Assembly: GCA_964491515.1 (NCBI GenBank)
Contig: CAZBGQ010000004.1
Span: 18,326 to 82,325 of the forward strand
From: an uncultured Candidatus Peribacteria bacterium
GTDB taxonomy: Bacteria > Patescibacteriota > Gracilibacteria > UBA1369 > UBA12473
Direction of reading: 5' to 3'
Length of the DNA: 64,000 nucleotides
Within the stretch, counting starts at the first letter, position 1; each line of letters opens with the position of its first letter. Below the pieces are notes generated by a model, which was given only the letters and a program-made list of their open reading frames with translations, was not told the DNA's origin and ran no database searches. Shown here in pieces: positions 17,171 through 25,751 of this stretch. A program made the translations under genes and the position numbers.

Positions 17171-18613
17171 GTGAAATCAGTATTCCGCACCATTGTTCAT
17201 AATAGTTTTTTCCGTACCCTTATTGAGGGGACAAAGGCAATAAGCGGAATTATTCTAGTGGTATTTCTCGCGCGAACTATTGGTCCTGAGCAGTATGGAC
17301 GACTTGCTTTTGCTTTTGCGATAACCGGTCTTGCTTCTATTGTTATGAATCTTGGATTTCCTCTTACTTTTGTAAGAGATGGTGCACGAGATATAAATTT
17401 TTTACGCAAGAATCTTGCCACTGCACTTCTATTTCAACTAATTGCCGCTTTCCTATTATTCATTACGCTGAGTGGAGCTTTGATGGTTTCTCCTCTGTTG
17501 CGCCAAGATACGTTTCTGCTGGTTGTGGCTCTTTTTTATACAATGTTTGGTATTATTACAAATTTTCTCTATAGCTCTTTTCAGGCCACTCATAGAATGC
17601 ATCTAGAGGCTATTGCTGTAGGCGCTCAGCACCTTTCGCTGATTGTTTTTGTGCTCTTCTTTATTTTTTCCATTGGGACAACGGAGGCTATTATGGTGGG
17701 GTATCTGGGGTCAAGTCTTTTGGGATTCGTGATCACACTCTTCTTGGTAAGGAGATATCTTTTTTCCTGGGTATGGAAAATTAATTGGAGTACGGGAAGG
17801 GCATTACTTGCTAAGTCGTGGCCACTTATGGCGGGTAGCGCCCTGAGTACTATTTATTTCTCCCTTGACTCTGTTATGTTGCAATTTTTTGAGGGAAGTG
17901 AAGCGGTGGGAATCTATAGTGCTATGTATAAAATCATTTTTGCATTCTATTTATTCGCCACGCTCTATGGGACTAGTATTTTCCCTGTCCTCTCCCAGCT
18001 TTTTACGCAAGCACGCTCTCAGTTCATGAATCTCTATTGTCGGTCAGTGCAGATGATGGCAAGTTTGGGTTTGCTGATTGGGCTGTTGATTACACTATTT
18101 GCTAAGCCTATCATTCAGCTGTTTTTTGGTAAGGAGTACCTGGCGGGTACTTTGACCTTACAAATTTCTATTTGGTCAATCATGATTTTCTTGGTTGGGC
18201 TGATTTTATATGACACATTGATAGTGGCTGGAAAGCAAAAAGAGCTGCTTTGGAGTGTATTAGCTAGCACGCTACTAAATGCGATTTTTAATATAATTCT
18301 TATTCCCGTCTGGGGGATGGTCGGAGCGGCTATAGCAACGGTAATTGCCCAGGCTGTGCAGTTGTTATTTAATGCGTATCTCTTAAGAAAAATCATATCT
18401 TCAAATTTCTTCCAGATTGTCGCAAAGCCATTACTAATTGCAATTAGCTGTATCTTCTTGTTTTTCTTGCTATCTATGCCCTTTGGCTTATTGGGGGCTA
18501 CCTCCTTATCTGTATTAGTATATATTATACTGTTATTTCTTAGCGGGATTGTACGTAAACAGGAAATTCATCATATGGTGCAAATTTTAATGAAAAGGAC
18601 GAAATTGATTTAA
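17171..18613 (+). CDS. wzx: Wzx-type oligosaccharide flippase (MOP/PST family)
   Basis: 480 aa with about 12-14 TM helices and a typical polysaccharide-biosynthesis-protein layout. GTG start. Confidence 0.75.
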   Translation: MKSVFRTIVHNSFFRTLIEGTKAISGIILVVFLARTIGPEQYGRLAFAFAITGLASIVMNLGFPLTFVRDGARDINFLRKNLATALLFQLIAAFLLFITLSGALMVSPLLRQDTFLLVVALFYTMFGIITNFLYSSFQATHRMHLEAIAVGAQHLSLIVFVLFFIFSIGTTEAIMVGYLGSSLLGFVITLFLVRRYLFSWVWKINWSTGRALLAKSWPLMAGSALSTIYFSLDSVMLQFFEGSEAVGIYSAMYKIIFAFYLFATLYGTSIFPVLSQLFTQARSQFMNLYCRSVQMMASLGLLIGLLITLFAKPIIQLFFGKEYLAGTLTLQISIWSIMIFLVGLILYDTLIVAGKQKELLWSVLASTLLNAIFNIILIPVWGMVGAAIATVIAQAVQLLFNAYLLRKIISSNFFQIVAKPLLIAISCIFLFFLLSMPFGLLGATSLSVLVYIILLFLSGIVRKQEIHHMVQILMKRTKLI

Positions 18614-18730
18614 TATGGTAATGGTGATTTCGTGGCAATGATTCTCTTCACCCTGGAGCAAGAACTTGCTATACTTTTAAGGAAAAATTTAGAAAGCTAG
18701 TGTCTCTTAATATTTAGAATAAACAACATT

Positions 18731-19507
18731 ATGAAAGTAGTAATACTCTGTGGTGGATTAGGGACGCGACTTAAAGAGGAAACTGAATATCGCCCAAAAC
18801 CAATGGTTCATATCGGACCTTGGCCAATATTGTGGCATATAATGAAGCTTTACGCTCACTTTGGATACAACGAATTTATCCTAGCATTGGGGTATAAGGG
18901 TGATTTTATTAAAGAGTATTTTAATAATTATGAGCTCATGAATAACGATGTAACGCTCGAGCTTGGGAGGCCTGACAATTTGGTTGTCCATCAGAAGCAT
19001 AATGATGTTGGATGGAAAATTACATTGGTGAATACCGGGGAGTCCACGCTTAAGGGTGGACGCTTAAAGCGTGTTGAGAAATATATTGATGGGGATGATT
19101 TCATGGTGACTTATGGCGATAGTGTGGCAAATGTGGATATAGGTAAGCTTGTTAAATTTCACCATGAGCACGGGAAATTGGCGACTGTGACAGCAGTAAC
19201 GCCGGCTTCACGGTTTGGGGAGTTAACGATTAAGGATAATTTAATAGAGAGTTTTGTGGAAAAGCCAAAGGTGGGTTCCGTATTAACTAATGGAGGTTAT
19301 TTTGTGTTTAAGAAGGGAATCCTTAGTCATCTCTCTGAGAAGGAAGATTGCGATTTGGAATATGGAGTTTTGGAGAAAATTGCTGGTGACTCACAGCTAA
19401 TGGCATATAAGCATGATGGTTTTTGGGAGTGTATGGATACATTTCGCGACATGGAGTATCTGAATAAGCTTTGGAATGAAGGTAAGGCTGAGTGGAAAAT
19501 TTGGTAA
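18731..19507 (+). CDS. rfbF: Glucose-1-phosphate cytidylyltransferase
   Basis: MKVVILCGGLGTRLKEETEYRPKPMVHIGPWPILWHIMKLY is near-canonical RfbF/DdhA. Confidence 0.9.
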   Translation: MKVVILCGGLGTRLKEETEYRPKPMVHIGPWPILWHIMKLYAHFGYNEFILALGYKGDFIKEYFNNYELMNNDVTLELGRPDNLVVHQKHNDVGWKITLVNTGESTLKGGRLKRVEKYIDGDDFMVTYGDSVANVDIGKLVKFHHEHGKLATVTAVTPASRFGELTIKDNLIESFVEKPKVGSVLTNGGYFVFKKGILSHLSEKEDCDLEYGVLEKIAGDSQLMAYKHDGFWECMDTFRDMEYLNKLWNEGKAEWKIW

Positions 19508-19522
19508 TGTGACGTATCCTTT

Positions 19523-20596
19523 ATGTTTAATAATATTTATAGTGGAAAGAAAATCCTTATAACCGGGCATACCGGTTTTAAGGGGGGATGGCTTGCATTA
19601 TGGCTCCATAGTTTAGGTGCGGATGTTTTAGGGTATAGCTTGGCGCCGCCGACCACTCCTAATTTATTTACAGTTGCTGGTGTTCAAGAAAAGGTAGATT
19701 CCGTAATTGCTGACGTCAGAGACAAGGAGGCGTTGTTAAAAGCCTTTCAACAGCATAAGCCAGAGATCGTTTTCCATTTGGCCGCACAGGCGCTTGTAAG
19801 GCCTTCATACGCTGATCCAGTGGGAACGTACGAAACAAACATAATGGGCACGGTGAATTTGCTTGAGGCGTGTCGTTTGACTCCTTCTGTACGTGCGGTG
19901 GTTAATGTTACAAGTGATAAATGTTATGAAAATACGGGGAAAGCAGGGGGGTATGTGGAGGATGATAAAATGGGAGGTGGGGATCCTTATAGTGCAAGTA
20001 AGGGATGTTCTGAGCTTGTAATGCAGTCTTATTTAAAGTCTTTTTTTAATCCCGATGATTATTCTGAGCATGGTGTCGCGCTCGCATCGGGAAGGGCTGG
20101 GAATGTTATTGGCGGTGGCGATTGGGCGGTCGATCGCTTGATCCCGGATTGTATCCGGGCTTTTGAGGGGAAGAAAGAAATCATTATTCGTTATCCCAAT
20201 GCAACTCGCCCATGGCAATACGTTCTGGAGCCTCTTTATGGGTACCTGCTGCTTGCTCAGTATCTTTACGAAGGCGGGGCACGTTATACGGGGGGATGGA
20301 ATTTTGGGTCAAACAATGAAAATTCAAAGCCGGTCCATTGGCTTGCTGATAAAATGGTTGAATTGTGGGGTGGAGATTCATCGTGGGCCACGGATGGAGG
20401 GCGACTGCTCGCAGAGGCGAATTCGCTTACACTTAATTGTTCAAAGGCAATCAAGCAGCTTGGATGGGAGCCCAAATATGACCTGGGAAGTACGTTGGAA
20501 AATACAATTGAATGGTACAAAGCCTTTGGAAATAAGCAGGAAATGATTAAGTATACTATTGAACAAATTCATTCCTATGAAAAAAATATTAACTAA
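19523..20596 (+). CDS. rfbG: CDP-glucose 4,6-dehydratase
   Basis: ILITGHTGFKGGWLALWL, the YSASKGCSEL YxxxK motif, and the right length (357 aa). Confidence 0.9.
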   Translation: MFNNIYSGKKILITGHTGFKGGWLALWLHSLGADVLGYSLAPPTTPNLFTVAGVQEKVDSVIADVRDKEALLKAFQQHKPEIVFHLAAQALVRPSYADPVGTYETNIMGTVNLLEACRLTPSVRAVVNVTSDKCYENTGKAGGYVEDDKMGGGDPYSASKGCSELVMQSYLKSFFNPDDYSEHGVALASGRAGNVIGGGDWAVDRLIPDCIRAFEGKKEIIIRYPNATRPWQYVLEPLYGYLLLAQYLYEGGARYTGGWNFGSNNENSKPVHWLADKMVELWGGDSSWATDGGRLLAEANSLTLNCSKAIKQLGWEPKYDLGSTLENTIEWYKAFGNKQEMIKYTIEQIHSYEKNIN

Positions 20597-20605
20597 ATTT
20601 TTACT

Positions 20606-21817
20606 ATGAACTGTCGTGCTTGTACCACTGAACTTATTCCATTTTTCTCTTTGGGGGAAATGCCACTCGTTAATAATTTCTTACGAGAAGAAGAGATCGC
20701 TAATGAGGAAAAATATAACTTAGCGGTCGGATTCTGTCCTAAGTGTTATTTAGTGCAACTTTTGGAGACAGTATCTCCTTCGGAATTATTTGTAGATTAT
20801 ATTTATCGTTCATCAACTTCTTCATCTTTCCTTGCGCATTGTAAGGAATTAGCTGCTTATTTTGCAGAGAGGTTTGATCTTGGATCGGATAGCCTAGTAC
20901 TTGAAATTGCTAGTAACGATGGATCTTTTTTGGAACAAATAAAGGCGTTAGATATTCAAATAGTGGGGGTTGACCCTGCTAAAAATATTGCCGAAATAGC
21001 GAATAAAAAGGGGATAAGAACCATGCCGGAGTTTTTTAGTTATTCATTTGCTGAAAAATTAAAAAGTCAGGAGAGTATTCAAGCCGATCTAATTTATGGG
21101 GCAAATGTTCTTGCACATGTGCCCGAAATTATTGATTTTGTAAAAGGGGTTAAAACTATCTTAAAGAATGGCGGAACCGCTATTTTTGAGTTTCCGTACA
21201 TTGCGGGATTAATGGAGAACAAATTTGATACGATATACGATGAGCATGTTTTTTACTATTCTCTTATTGCTTTGCAGAATCTTTTCCGAGAAGCGGGGTT
21301 GGAAATTTACGACGTAGAGCTGACTCCTATGCAGGGAGGCTCTTTGATGATATTTGCTGCTCACCCCGGTCAATTCTCCGTGACTGAGAATATGAAAGAG
21401 CTTAAAGAAAAAGAGATAAGCGAAGGATTCGATCGGATTGAGACTTATCGAGAAATTGAAAGGAATGTTGGTGAATTAAAAAAAGAACTTCTCAGTTTGT
21501 TGAAAAAAATAAAAGATGAGGGCAAAAAAATTGCGGCCTACAGCGCCTCTGCAAAGGGCAATGTCTTACTGAATTATTTTGGGATTGGATCTGATATCCT
21601 TGATTTCATAGTGGATAAAGCTGAATTTAAACAGGGACTCTATACGCCGGGAACTCATTTAATGGTTTATCCGCCGGGGAAAATACAAGAAGAAAAACCG
21701 GATTACCTTTTGGTTTTGTGCTGGAATATTTCGGGAGAAATTGTGAAACAATTAAGCGATTACCATGGTGCTGGCGGGAAATTTATTATTCCGATTCCTA
21801 ATATAAGAGTTTTATGA
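20606..21817 (+). CDS. NDP-hexose C-methyltransferase family protein (Zn-ribbon + class I SAM MTase + C-terminal domain)
   Basis: N-terminal CRAC...CPKC zinc ribbon, LEIASNDG SAM motif, and a ~400-aa three-domain layout like TylCIII-type sugar C-methyltransferases. Confidence 0.7.
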   Translation: MNCRACTTELIPFFSLGEMPLVNNFLREEEIANEEKYNLAVGFCPKCYLVQLLETVSPSELFVDYIYRSSTSSSFLAHCKELAAYFAERFDLGSDSLVLEIASNDGSFLEQIKALDIQIVGVDPAKNIAEIANKKGIRTMPEFFSYSFAEKLKSQESIQADLIYGANVLAHVPEIIDFVKGVKTILKNGGTAIFEFPYIAGLMENKFDTIYDEHVFYYSLIALQNLFREAGLEIYDVELTPMQGGSLMIFAAHPGQFSVTENMKELKEKEISEGFDRIETYREIERNVGELKKELLSLLKKIKDEGKKIAAYSASAKGNVLLNYFGIGSDILDFIVDKAEFKQGLYTPGTHLMVYPPGKIQEEKPDYLLVLCWNISGEIVKQLSDYHGAGGKFIIPIPNIRVL

Positions 21818-22356
21818 TTTTTCAAGAGACTAAATTAAAGGGTGTGTATGTTATTGAGCCTGAGCCATTGGTGGATGGGAGAGGTTATTTCAGTCGTGTC
21901 TTTTGTGAAAATGAATTCAGGGAAAGAGGGATGGAATTTAGTATCAAGCAAGTTAACCGTTCGGTTACAGAAAAAAAGGGTGTAATTAGGGGCATGCATC
22001 TGCAGTCTAAGCCGGTAGAGGAGGCAAAAGTGATTCAATGCACAAAGGGAGCTATCTATGATGTTGCCGTCGATCTAAGGGCAGAGTCGCCCACGTTTAA
22101 GCAGTGGGTAGCTGTTGAGCTTACCGCGGAAAATAAAAAAATGCTTTTCATCCCTGAGGGATTAGCGCATGGGTGCCAAACTCTTGTGGATGAGTGTGAA
22201 GTACTTTATTTCATGTCAGAGTTTTATGAGCCAAAATATTCAAAAGGCGTTTTATGGAATGATCCGCTTTTTGAGATAAATTGGCCAATAGATGATCCAA
22301 CCCTTTCGGATAAGGATAAAATTTGGCCATCATTTAAACCCAATGCAAATGATTAG
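21814..22356 (+). CDS. NDP-4-keto-6-deoxyhexose 3,5- (or 3-/5-) epimerase, RmlC cupin family
   Basis: GVYVIEPEPLVDGRGYFSRVF...IRGMHLQ...KVIQCTKGAIYDVAVDLR...LFIPEGLAHG. Confidence 0.8.
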   Translation: MIFQETKLKGVYVIEPEPLVDGRGYFSRVFCENEFRERGMEFSIKQVNRSVTEKKGVIRGMHLQSKPVEEAKVIQCTKGAIYDVAVDLRAESPTFKQWVAVELTAENKKMLFIPEGLAHGCQTLVDECEVLYFMSEFYEPKYSKGVLWNDPLFEINWPIDDPTLSDKDKIWPSFKPNAND

Positions 22357-23449
22357 GATTCCTATTACGGGACCATCGATTACTAACTTAGAAGTTGAGT
22401 GGATCACAAAAGCAGCGCAGGATGGGTGGGATGAAAATGCCACAAAATATGTAAACCTATTTGAGGGAGCATTTGCGAAATATGTTGGGAGGAAATATGC
22501 ATTGGCGACTTCTTCTTGTACGGGGGCCTTGCATTTGGCTTATTTAGGCTTGGGCTTGAAGCCTGAGGATGAGGTGATTGCTCCCAATGCTACCTGGATT
22601 GCAAGTGTCGAGCCGCTTTACTGGATAGGGGCAAAGGTGGTTTATGCTGATATTGATCCTAAGACTTGGTGCATTGATCCAGCGGACATTGAGAGAAAAA
22701 TCACTCCTAAGACAAAGGCGATTTTGGTTGTTAATTTGTACGGGCATGTAGCGGAAATGGATGAGATTTTGAGAATTGCGAAAAAGCATAATTTGAAAAT
22801 CATAGAGGATGCTGCTGAGTCGGTGGGGTCGGAATATAAGGGTAAAATGGCAGGGAGTTTTGGTGATGCTTCCTGTTTCAGTTTTCATGGATCAAAAACA
22901 CTCACCACGGGAGAAGGAGGCATGATTCTAACGGATGACGAAGAAGTAATCAGAAAAGCTCGTTATTACAATGATCATTGTAAGGACACGGGGAAATTTT
23001 TTTGGAATTTGGAAATTGGATATAAATACAAGATGTCCAATTTTCAAGCCGCCTGCGGGATAGCACAGCTTTCTCGTGTCGAAGAGTTAATTGCTAAGAA
23101 GAGGGAAATATTTAAATGGTATAAAGAACGGCTTGAAGGTGTTGAAGGTGTACAATTGAACACTGAGGCTCCGGAGACAAAAAACACCTTTTGGATGGTG
23201 ACCGTTGTGTTTGATAAGGGAAATGATTTTGATAAGTCGAAATTAATAAACAGTTTTGATGAATTCGGGATTCAGACACGTCCTTTTTTCTATCCGGTTT
23301 CAAGTTTGCCGGCAATAAATATTCCAGCGGAGACACCTGTTGCATTCGATATTTCGCAACGCGCTATCAATCTTCCCTGCTCTCAAAATATTACCGAGAA
23401 TCAAGTAGATTATATTTGTAAAAGCTTAGTTAAAATCTTAGAAACATGA
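22343..23449 (+). CDS. DegT/DnrJ/EryC1-family PLP-dependent sugar aminotransferase
   Basis: ATSSCTGALHLA, and FSFHGSKTLTTGEGGM with the catalytic Lys retained. This argues for a true aminotransferase rather than a dehydratase. Start taken at the ATG at 22343 (or 22349), overlapping the upstream stop. Confidence 0.85.
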   Translation: MQMIRIPITGPSITNLEVEWITKAAQDGWDENATKYVNLFEGAFAKYVGRKYALATSSCTGALHLAYLGLGLKPEDEVIAPNATWIASVEPLYWIGAKVVYADIDPKTWCIDPADIERKITPKTKAILVVNLYGHVAEMDEILRIAKKHNLKIIEDAAESVGSEYKGKMAGSFGDASCFSFHGSKTLTTGEGGMILTDDEEVIRKARYYNDHCKDTGKFFWNLEIGYKYKMSNFQAACGIAQLSRVEELIAKKREIFKWYKERLEGVEGVQLNTEAPETKNTFWMVTVVFDKGNDFDKSKLINSFDEFGIQTRPFFYPVSSLPAINIPAETPVAFDISQRAINLPCSQNITENQVDYICKSLVKILET

Positions 23450-24480
23450 AGAAAAATATTCTTATCGCCGGTATAGGGGGGGCTTCCTTGGGTACAGAGA
23501 TTTTCAAGAATCTCACAATGGCTGGATATGAAAATATTTATGGAGCGGACATCTCTCCGTACGCTTTTGGATTGTATCAATCGGGTTTTTTGGGGACCTA
23601 CGTCATTAATAGAGAAAAATATATCCAAGATCTTCTTGAGATTTGTGAAAAGATGAAAATTGAAATCATTATCCCCGGGGGAGAAGGCCCTCAAAGTTTA
23701 TTAAACGAAAACAGGAAATTATTTGAAGAAAATAATATCTTATTGGCAATGAATTCTCCGGAGGTAATTAAGCTTTGTACTGACAAAATAAAGACTTTTG
23801 ATTATTTGAGTGAGAGAGGTGTTTCGGTCCCAGTGACAAAAATAATAGATACGCTTGATGACATCGAGGGTTTTTCTTACCCGTGTATTATTAAACCCAC
23901 TAAAGATAGTGGAGGAAGTGCTTTTGTGAGTCTGGCGAATGACAAAGAAGATGCGCATATTTTCTCAGAGCAAATAATGAAAAGCGGGAGAACTCCCCTA
24001 TTTCAAGAGTATATTCCCTTAGCGGAAGGAGAATATTCATTCAGTGTGTTATCTGCTCCAGATGGAGAGATTTTTGGTGGAATTGGCATTAAAAAGAATT
24101 TTGACACAAAGCTAACATATACATTTAAGTCTGACCAAGGCATCATCTCTGGAGGTTATAGTCAGGGCTTGATTAGTGATTTTCCTGAAATATTTAGTCA
24201 AGTTTGCGAAATCTCAAAAGTTCTAAAAAGCCGTGGTCCTCTAAATATAGAAGGCAGAGTTGTAAACGGTAAGTTTTTGCCGTTCGAAGTTAACCCACGA
24301 TTTAGCGCATCGACTTATCTTTGGGCTAAGGCAGGGTTTAATGATGTAGATAATTTCATCAGATTAATGGACGACACGTCATTTGATAAAAAACCTTTGA
24401 TCACGGAAGGGTTTTGCTTGAGGTCCTTTAGTGAAATATTTATCTCTAAGGATCAGATTAAGGGGGCGCGTAATATTTAA
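23446..24480 (+). CDS. ATP-grasp ligase (amide-bond forming), substrate unknown
   Basis: Pre-ATP-grasp N-domain, then DKIKTFDYLSERGVSVP...YPCIIKPTKDSGGSAFV...FQEYI...LNIEGRV...FEVNPRFS. ATGA overlap with the aminotransferase gene. Confidence 0.7.
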   Translation: MKKNILIAGIGGASLGTEIFKNLTMAGYENIYGADISPYAFGLYQSGFLGTYVINREKYIQDLLEICEKMKIEIIIPGGEGPQSLLNENRKLFEENNILLAMNSPEVIKLCTDKIKTFDYLSERGVSVPVTKIIDTLDDIEGFSYPCIIKPTKDSGGSAFVSLANDKEDAHIFSEQIMKSGRTPLFQEYIPLAEGEYSFSVLSAPDGEIFGGIGIKKNFDTKLTYTFKSDQGIISGGYSQGLISDFPEIFSQVCEISKVLKSRGPLNIEGRVVNGKFLPFEVNPRFSASTYLWAKAGFNDVDNFIRLMDDTSFDKKPLITEGFCLRSFSEIFISKDQIKGARNI

Positions 24481-24497
24481 AATAATAGTATAAACTT

Positions 24498-25751
24498 ATG
24501 TCACATAGTAAAAGTCATAAAATTTGGGACGAACAAGGCGGATATATTCTCCCTGCAACTAAGTTTATTGAGCCAGTACTTCAGAGAGGAGAGGGTTCTT
24601 ATGTGTGGGATGTTGATGGGAATAAATATCTTGATTTAAATGGTGGGCAATTTTGTTTGTGTTTTGGGCATGCCTATCCAGCACTTACTGAGGCAGTTAT
24701 CAAGCAAATGGGAAATATTATCCATACAAATACCAATACCATCTCGAGTATTGTTTTTGACGCACTTCAGGAACTTATTGAAATTAATAACGAGGTATTT
24801 AAGGCGGGGATTTTACTATCAACTGGAGCTGAAGCGGTTGAGTTCGCGTTACGCTTTTCTAAGTCAATTAAGAAAAGTAACAAGATGATTTATTTGAATG
24901 AGGGCTACCACGGGTCGTCTCTTGGGGCTCAGAGCGTTTCTTCTTATGGGAAATGGGCTTTCCCCACGGTCGATGAAACATTCGGTGTTTCTGTCCCAAG
25001 AACAACGAGCGAGATTGGTCCTTGTGTAGAAAAAATAGAACAAATTTTCAGAGAAAATCCTAAGGAAATTGCTGCTCTAATAATGGAGCCGATTTTGGGG
25101 GCGGGCGGAATGATTTTCCCTTCTGCGGATTTCTTGAAAAAAGTTAGAGAGCTCTGCGATAAGTACAAGGCGATTTTAATTTTCGATGAATGTCAGACAG
25201 GCTTTGGTAGAACGGGGAGTTGGTTTTGTTATCAAAAGTACAATGTTTCCCCAGATATTCTTGTCTTTGCTAAGGCGGGGGGGGCAGGCATGCCTGTCTC
25301 GGGAGTATTATTTGTTGAAAATCTTGCCGAAGAGATGAGGAGTGGAAATCTCACTCATTTTGCTTCACATCAGAACGATCCTTTGTCGGCAGCTATTACC
25401 CTATTTGTTATTGAGGAAATTAAGAAGAAAAATATACTGGAGAAAGTTGGAAATTCCGGGGAAATTTTCTTAGATAAGATAACTGAAATTTCCACTCAAA
25501 GTGATGTGATAGTTAATCCTCGGGGTGTAGGTTTAATGATAGCTTTCGATATAAATGAAGACCTTTTTGATCGTGAAAAAAATCCAGGCCATGAATTGAT
25601 GAACAAATTACTCTCTCGGGGGATAATTATTCAATGTATTAATCGAGGAAGAACTTTTAGGATAATACCAAATTTTTTAATTTCCACTGAGGAAATTGAT
25701 TTTTTCATTGAGAAACTAAACGAATCTCTTAACGAATTTTTAAATGAATAA
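24498..25751 (+). CDS. Class III (omega) aminotransferase
   Basis: LDLNGGQFCLCFGHAYP, DECQTGFGRTGSWF, and FAKAGGAGMPVSG (Schiff-base Lys). Confidence 0.85.
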   Translation: MSHSKSHKIWDEQGGYILPATKFIEPVLQRGEGSYVWDVDGNKYLDLNGGQFCLCFGHAYPALTEAVIKQMGNIIHTNTNTISSIVFDALQELIEINNEVFKAGILLSTGAEAVEFALRFSKSIKKSNKMIYLNEGYHGSSLGAQSVSSYGKWAFPTVDETFGVSVPRTTSEIGPCVEKIEQIFRENPKEIAALIMEPILGAGGMIFPSADFLKKVRELCDKYKAILIFDECQTGFGRTGSWFCYQKYNVSPDILVFAKAGGAGMPVSGVLFVENLAEEMRSGNLTHFASHQNDPLSAAITLFVIEEIKKKNILEKVGNSGEIFLDKITEISTQSDVIVNPRGVGLMIAFDINEDLFDREKNPGHELMNKLLSRGIIIQCINRGRTFRIIPNFLISTEEIDFFIEKLNESLNEFLNE

